A stretch of 16,163 nt of DNA from positions 73,079-89,241 of the IMG/VR virus record IMGVR_UViG_3300032242_001414, one strand, 5' to 3'. Origin of the DNA: a virus (Duplodnaviria; Heunggongvirae; Uroviricota; Caudoviricetes). Positions 9,006 to 13,949 of this stretch are shown here, one piece after another; the stretch's first letter is position 1, and the number at the start of each line of letters is the position of its first letter. The notes beneath the pieces were generated by a model, which saw nothing but the letters and a program-made list of their open reading frames with translations, did no database searches and had not been told where the DNA came from. Both the position numbers and the translations under genes were made by a program.

Positions 9006-12000
9006 GGCAAATGTTTATTAGATATCAAATATGACATCATTGATGAAGCTAGAGAACAGGCTTTAGGCTATGAAGGTTTCAAACAAGCTCTTGAGCAAAG
9101 AGATATGCTTGAGATAGCTGATGCACCTAAAGCTGCTGAATCTGCTAGAAAAGTTAATCAACAATTTAAAGAAGATGTAATCACTCCTAGTTTTTCTAGT
9201 AAGAATCATTACTATATTAGCCCATCAGAAAACTTAACTCAACAATACTTTGATCAATATAATAAAGCTCTAGAAAACGAAGCTTCTGCATTAACAGAAG
9301 CTGAAAAAGAAAGAGGTGGATATACAGAAGAAGATAGAGGTGAGTTCTTTCAGAAGGAAGGTAGTAAAGCATCTTCTGCATCTCCTGCTAGTATAGCTAT
9401 TATTAAAGACTTCTTAAAGAGAATAGGTGTTGATACTCAGACACTTAAGGCTATTAATATTAATGGTGAAAAGCAAGATGCTAATGGTGTTGCTAACATC
9501 ATGCAGAATCTTATACAGGTTGTAGAAGGTAAAGAAGCTACTGCACTTCCTGAGGAAGCAATGCACTTTGCTGTAGAAATCATACAACAGAATGATCCTA
9601 AGTTATTCAATCAACTATTGAAGGAGATTAATAACTATGCTATACTTAATGATGTGTTTAAGACCTATGGTAATGATAAGAACTATCAAACCAAAGAAGG
9701 TAAGCCTGATGTTATTAAGTTAAAGAAAGAAGCTATTGGTAAGGTGTTAGCTGAGACTATCATTAATAAAGCTGAAGGAACATTAGAAAATCCTGAGAAC
9801 TTAGCTAAGGTGGAAAGCTGGTGGCAGAAGATCATCAATGCTATCAAGAACTTGTTTGTTAAAACAGGATTTGATGAAGCTGCTATTAAGGTGATGTCTG
9901 GTGAGTTAGAAGGTACAGCTGCAGACATTAGAGCTCAAGAAGGAGATGTTTACTTACAGAAAACTTCTCAACAACAAGTGTATGATAAGCTTGTAGAGAT
10001 TCAAAATAAGATTGAGAAGAGAGATGATGGTTATTATGTAGATGGTAAGAAAGTGCCTAAGAGAGTTACAGAACTTGTTAAAGGTTGGAATAATGACTTA
10101 ATGCAAGCTAATGAACTTACTAAATCTGAATACAAGAAACTTGTAGATGAGGATAAAGCATTGAATGGTACTAACGGTCATGCTGATATTGAGCATGCAT
10201 TTAGTTTATTTGTAGATAAAGATGGTAACTTAAGAGATGATCAATTAGATGATTCAGGATATGTATCTCAATTAGATCCTAACAATAGAGACTATTATGA
10301 ACTGCTTAGAGATAACTTAAAGGAAAGATTAAAAACATTCCCTAGAGGAACTAAGTTTATGTCTGAGGTTAAGGTGTATGATGCTAAAAGAGGTATAGCT
10401 GGTACAATAGATTTCTTAGCTATCACTCCTGATGGAAAAGTGAATATCCTTGACTGGAAGTTTGTTGATATTGATATAAATAGAAATAAAGATCTACCTT
10501 GGTATTATGTAAATTCTTGGAGAAAGCAAATGGAACAATACAAGCTTATCATCCAAAACAACTATGGAGTTAATCTAAAAGACTTTGATCAAACAAGAAT
10601 GATTCCTATTAGGGCTAGATATGAACAAATGAATCTTACTACTAAAGAACTTCCTAAAATTTTAGGAGTTGAGATAGGAGATGTTAATGTTGAGAATATC
10701 AAGCAAGATTACTTAGTTCCATTAGGACTAGAAACAGAGACTACAGGAAACAAGAAGATTGATGCATTATTATCTAAACTTAATGCTGAATATAAAAGAC
10801 TTGCTGAAAAAGGTGTAACTCCTTCTGAAAGACTTAGTAAGAATGAGCAATTAAATATTCTATTTAAGAGTATTAGAGAGTTACAAATGAGAGGTAACCT
10901 TGGACCATTGTTAGTTCAAGCTAAGGTGTTGAATAGACAATTGTCTAATCTTATCACCAAGTACAATGAGCAGTTCAAAGGAAAAGATCCTAAGTCTTTC
11001 TCTGAGAAGGAGATTAATGATATGGTTAGAGAAATCAACCGTGCTGAAGAAACTATCACTATATATACAAACTTAGATACAGATCTTAAGTTCTTGTTCC
11101 AAGGAGAATTAGATGATGAAGAGAAAAAGCTTAGAGAAGATTTAAGAAACACTGTAGATGATGCTAGAGACTTACAAGTGCAGTTGAGAGAACTATCTGA
11201 TGAGTTTGCTGAAGATGTAATTGCTAGTAGCGTAGATGTAAAGAACTTACTATCTCCTGAGAAGATTATCAAAGGATTAGGTAAATGGTTTGGTTCTACA
11301 TCAATGTTTCAAAGTAAGGCTATCCAAACATTATATAAGAAAGCTAACAAAGCTTTTGCTTATGCTGGATATGATACACTTGATGAGACTAGAAAGCTAC
11401 AGGAGTATAAGAAGAATTATGATGAGTGGGCTAAGAGTAAAGGTTTAAATGCTAAGAACTACTTTGATATCATCAAGAAGAAAGATAGTAATGAGCTTAT
11501 TGATCAATACAGTCCTGAATTCTTTAATACATTAAGACAAAAGATTAATGATAAAGATGTAGAATGGATTAAGGATAATATAGATGTTGAAGCATACAAG
11601 AAAGCTCTTGAAGAAAAAATAGCTGAAGAGCAATTGAGAATTGAAAACAAGATGGCTGGTAGAGTGGGTACTGATATAGAGAACTTAGAAGCAGAGGCTG
11701 ATGAGATTTCTCAAATGAAAAGAAAGTATGACCTCTCTAATAAAACAAGTGCTGGTTGGTTCCAATATAACTTAATTAATAAACATCCTAACACTAGTTG
11801 GGAAACTGCTCAATGGAAAGAGTTACAAAAAACACCAGCTGCTAAAGCATTCTATAATTACATTATAGAAAAGAATAATGAATATGCTGATCTTGGATAT
11901 ATCAATAAAGGAGAAGCTAGAACATTCCTTCCATTTGTTAGAAAAGGGGTGTTAGAAAAGATAGTGTTTGGTGGAAAGATTTCTGTAGGAGAACAATTCC

Positions 12001-13928
12001 TTAGAAGTATTTCTATTGATGAAGGTGATACAGGATTTGGTAAGTTTGACCCTATTACAGGACAACCTATAAATACCATCCCTAAATATTTCACAAGAGA
12101 AATTGAGGGAGAAGTTAGTACAGACTTATTTAGAACAATGGCTTTATATAATGAAATGGCAATTAAGTATAAATATGTAAGTGATATTGAGGAACAAGCT
12201 CAAGCTTTATTAAATACAGAAAGAAACAAAAAAGCAATTGCTACATCTGTATTTGGTAAAACTCAAAGAGATGCTGCAGGAGATTTAGTGTATACACCAA
12301 ACAATAGTGAAAACACTAAGCTTGTTGATGATATGATTAAGTCCATCATTTATGGACAGAAGTATATATCAAGTGAAAGCTTTGACCAGATATTGGGTAA
12401 GTTTGGTAAGTTTGGAGAGAAGATTAATAATAAATTAGGACGTAAGATATTCCCAGAGAACTTAGAAGGAAGACAAGTTAGTTTTAATAAGGTGATTACT
12501 AATATTAATAACCAGTATCAGATGATAGCACTAGGAGGTAACTTACTATCTGCTGCATCTAACTACTTTGGTGGTAACGCTCAATCTGTAATCAACTCTG
12601 GTAAGTATTTTACCAAAACTGATTATGCACGTAATCAAGCTTGGATACTTCCAGGTAAGATGATTGGTGGAGATAAGATGAAATACATTGCAGCATTAGA
12701 ATATTTCTTACCTCTTAATGAAAACTATAATAAAGAAATAGCTAAAACATTATCTGTCAGCACCTTAACTCAAGAAAAAATTCAAGACTTCTTAATGATT
12801 CTTATGAGAAAGTCTGATTTGAATGTACAGACATGTAACTTCTATAGCTTCTTAGACAACTCTATTATACAAAACGGAGAGATTGTAAATGCTAGAGAGT
12901 ATTTAAGAAGTACAGATGAGTACAAAGATATGTTTGCTGGTACAAAAGAAGATAGAAAAGCTAGAAGTGATAAGTTTGAAAAGGATGTTAAAGAGCTTGT
13001 GAAAGATAAAGGTGTAATGAAATTAGCACAACTAGTTGATGGTAAATTAGTTATACCTGGTATTGAAAGAAAATCAGAATCAGTTGTTACACTAAGAAGA
13101 AATGTACAAGCTTTAACTAAAGCTGCATTGGGTAACTTAGGACCAGATGATATCCGTCCTATCAACCAAACTATATATGGGTCATCATTTATGATGTTTA
13201 AGAACTGGATTCCTAGACTGGTAGATGTTAGACTTGGTAATATGAAATACAATTCAGCATCTGATGCGTATGAATGGGGTAGAATGCGTATGATGTATAG
13301 AGTGATATCAGATGATTTATTAGGATCTTTAGATAGTTTTCAAAGTGCTATTAGAGGTAATGATGAGAAGTGGATTGCTCAAATGAGAAACTTATATGAA
13401 AAGAAATCAGCAGATTATAAAGCTGATACAGGTAAGGATCTTGAGATGACTGAGGGAGAATTCTTAAACTTAGTTAATCAAAATGCTAAATCTCAAATGA
13501 TAGATTTACTTTTCTTTGCTAGCATGTGGGCCCTTGTTGTTGGATTAAAAGCAGGACAACCTGATAAAGATGAAGATCCAAAAGTGAAGAATAAGTACAA
13601 ATTTATGATGAAAGCTGTTGATAAGTTTAGAGATGAGATTACTTATTTCTATGATCCAACTAGTATAGTTAGTCTTACATCTACAGGTATATTCCCAGCT
13701 ATGGCATCTATAAATAACTTCAGAAAGGTGATTGTAAACTCTGGTAAAGAGTTATTCTACTTATATGAAGGAGATGAGAAAAATGTTAAGAAGAACTTCG
13801 TACTTAAATATGCAATGAAAACATTTCCTGTAACAGCTCAAATAGGAGCATATCTTCCAGCATTCTTCCCAGAGGTAGCTAAAGATCTTGGAATTAAAGC
13901 ACAATCAGAATCAGGATACAGTAGATAA
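9003..13928 (+). CDS. Large putative virion cargo/ejection protein (1641 aa): degenerate zincin-like module, PD-(D/E)XK nuclease domain, long helical C-terminal region
   Basis: Uninterrupted ORF coupled to the RNAP gene. Contains LPEEAMH (EEAMH 9552-9566), nuclease motifs at 10167-10541, FMMFKNWIP in the C-terminal part and a hydrophobic segment at 13497-13547. Virion-cargo status is inferred from size and position next to the virion RNAP. Confidence 0.8.
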   Translation: MGKCLLDIKYDIIDEAREQALGYEGFKQALEQRDMLEIADAPKAAESARKVNQQFKEDVITPSFSSKNHYYISPSENLTQQYFDQYNKALENEASALTEAEKERGGYTEEDRGEFFQKEGSKASSASPASIAIIKDFLKRIGVDTQTLKAININGEKQDANGVANIMQNLIQVVEGKEATALPEEAMHFAVEIIQQNDPKLFNQLLKEINNYAILNDVFKTYGNDKNYQTKEGKPDVIKLKKEAIGKVLAETIINKAEGTLENPENLAKVESWWQKIINAIKNLFVKTGFDEAAIKVMSGELEGTAADIRAQEGDVYLQKTSQQQVYDKLVEIQNKIEKRDDGYYVDGKKVPKRVTELVKGWNNDLMQANELTKSEYKKLVDEDKALNGTNGHADIEHAFSLFVDKDGNLRDDQLDDSGYVSQLDPNNRDYYELLRDNLKERLKTFPRGTKFMSEVKVYDAKRGIAGTIDFLAITPDGKVNILDWKFVDIDINRNKDLPWYYVNSWRKQMEQYKLIIQNNYGVNLKDFDQTRMIPIRARYEQMNLTTKELPKILGVEIGDVNVENIKQDYLVPLGLETETTGNKKIDALLSKLNAEYKRLAEKGVTPSERLSKNEQLNILFKSIRELQMRGNLGPLLVQAKVLNRQLSNLITKYNEQFKGKDPKSFSEKEINDMVREINRAEETITIYTNLDTDLKFLFQGELDDEEKKLREDLRNTVDDARDLQVQLRELSDEFAEDVIASSVDVKNLLSPEKIIKGLGKWFGSTSMFQSKAIQTLYKKANKAFAYAGYDTLDETRKLQEYKKNYDEWAKSKGLNAKNYFDIIKKKDSNELIDQYSPEFFNTLRQKINDKDVEWIKDNIDVEAYKKALEEKIAEEQLRIENKMAGRVGTDIENLEAEADEISQMKRKYDLSNKTSAGWFQYNLINKHPNTSWETAQWKELQKTPAAKAFYNYIIEKNNEYADLGYINKGEARTFLPFVRKGVLEKIVFGGKISVGEQFLRSISIDEGDTGFGKFDPITGQPINTIPKYFTREIEGEVSTDLFRTMALYNEMAIKYKYVSDIEEQAQALLNTERNKKAIATSVFGKTQRDAAGDLVYTPNNSENTKLVDDMIKSIIYGQKYISSESFDQILGKFGKFGEKINNKLGRKIFPENLEGRQVSFNKVITNINNQYQMIALGGNLLSAASNYFGGNAQSVINSGKYFTKTDYARNQAWILPGKMIGGDKMKYIAALEYFLPLNENYNKEIAKTLSVSTLTQEKIQDFLMILMRKSDLNVQTCNFYSFLDNSIIQNGEIVNAREYLRSTDEYKDMFAGTKEDRKARSDKFEKDVKELVKDKGVMKLAQLVDGKLVIPGIERKSESVVTLRRNVQALTKAALGNLGPDDIRPINQTIYGSSFMMFKNWIPRLVDVRLGNMKYNSASDAYEWGRMRMMYRVISDDLLGSLDSFQSAIRGNDEKWIAQMRNLYEKKSADYKADTGKDLEMTEGEFLNLVNQNAKSQMIDLLFFASMWALVVGLKAGQPDKDEDPKVKNKYKFMMKAVDKFRDEITYFYDPTSIVSLTSTGIFPAMASINNFRKVIVNSGKELFYLYEGDEKNVKKNFVLKYAMKTFPVTAQIGAYLPAFFPEVAKDLGIKAQSESGYSR
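9345..9962 (+). other. Second zincin-like module with degenerate motif EEAMH
   Basis: NGVANI strand, LPEEAMHF helix, KKEAIGKVLAE helix and WWQKIINAIKNLF helix, the same layout as the ORF1 module; the first His of HExxH is Glu. Boundaries approximate. Confidence 0.6.
10167..10620 (+). other. PD-(D/E)XK (RecB/Cas4-like superfamily) nuclease domain
   Basis: GTxGH (10167-10181), SEVK (E 10365), IAGTID (D 10410), ILDWK (DWK 10452-10460), QMEQY (10527-10541): the canonical motif order of this fold. Confidence 0.8.
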
Positions 13929-13949
13929 AATTAATAACAACACATTACT
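13929..13949 (+). promoter_or_regulatory. A/T-rich, Shine-Dalgarno-less translation initiation region
   Basis: 21-nt spacer AATTAATAACAACACATTACT contains no G and has A at -3. This fits the established SD-independent initiation of Bacteroidota. Confidence 0.5.

Noticed and set aside
17-9820. Recurrent AAGGTGG/RGTGG words as a Chi-like motif
   Set aside because: They mostly arise from Lys-Val or Gly-Gly codons on a purine-rich strand; enrichment cannot be shown without a codon-controlled test.
12396-12416. GGTAAGTTT tandem (GKFGKFG) containing TAnnTTTG Bacteroidota promoter-like matches
   Set aside because: It is a short in-frame duplication inside a gene; such matches are expected by chance in AT-rich DNA and have no supporting context.
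741-13252. Nine short minus-strand ORFs (66-136 aa) inside the two giant genes
   Set aside because: Ser/Leu/Ile/Phe-rich antisense products expected opposite an A-rich coding strand; no motifs or independent signals.
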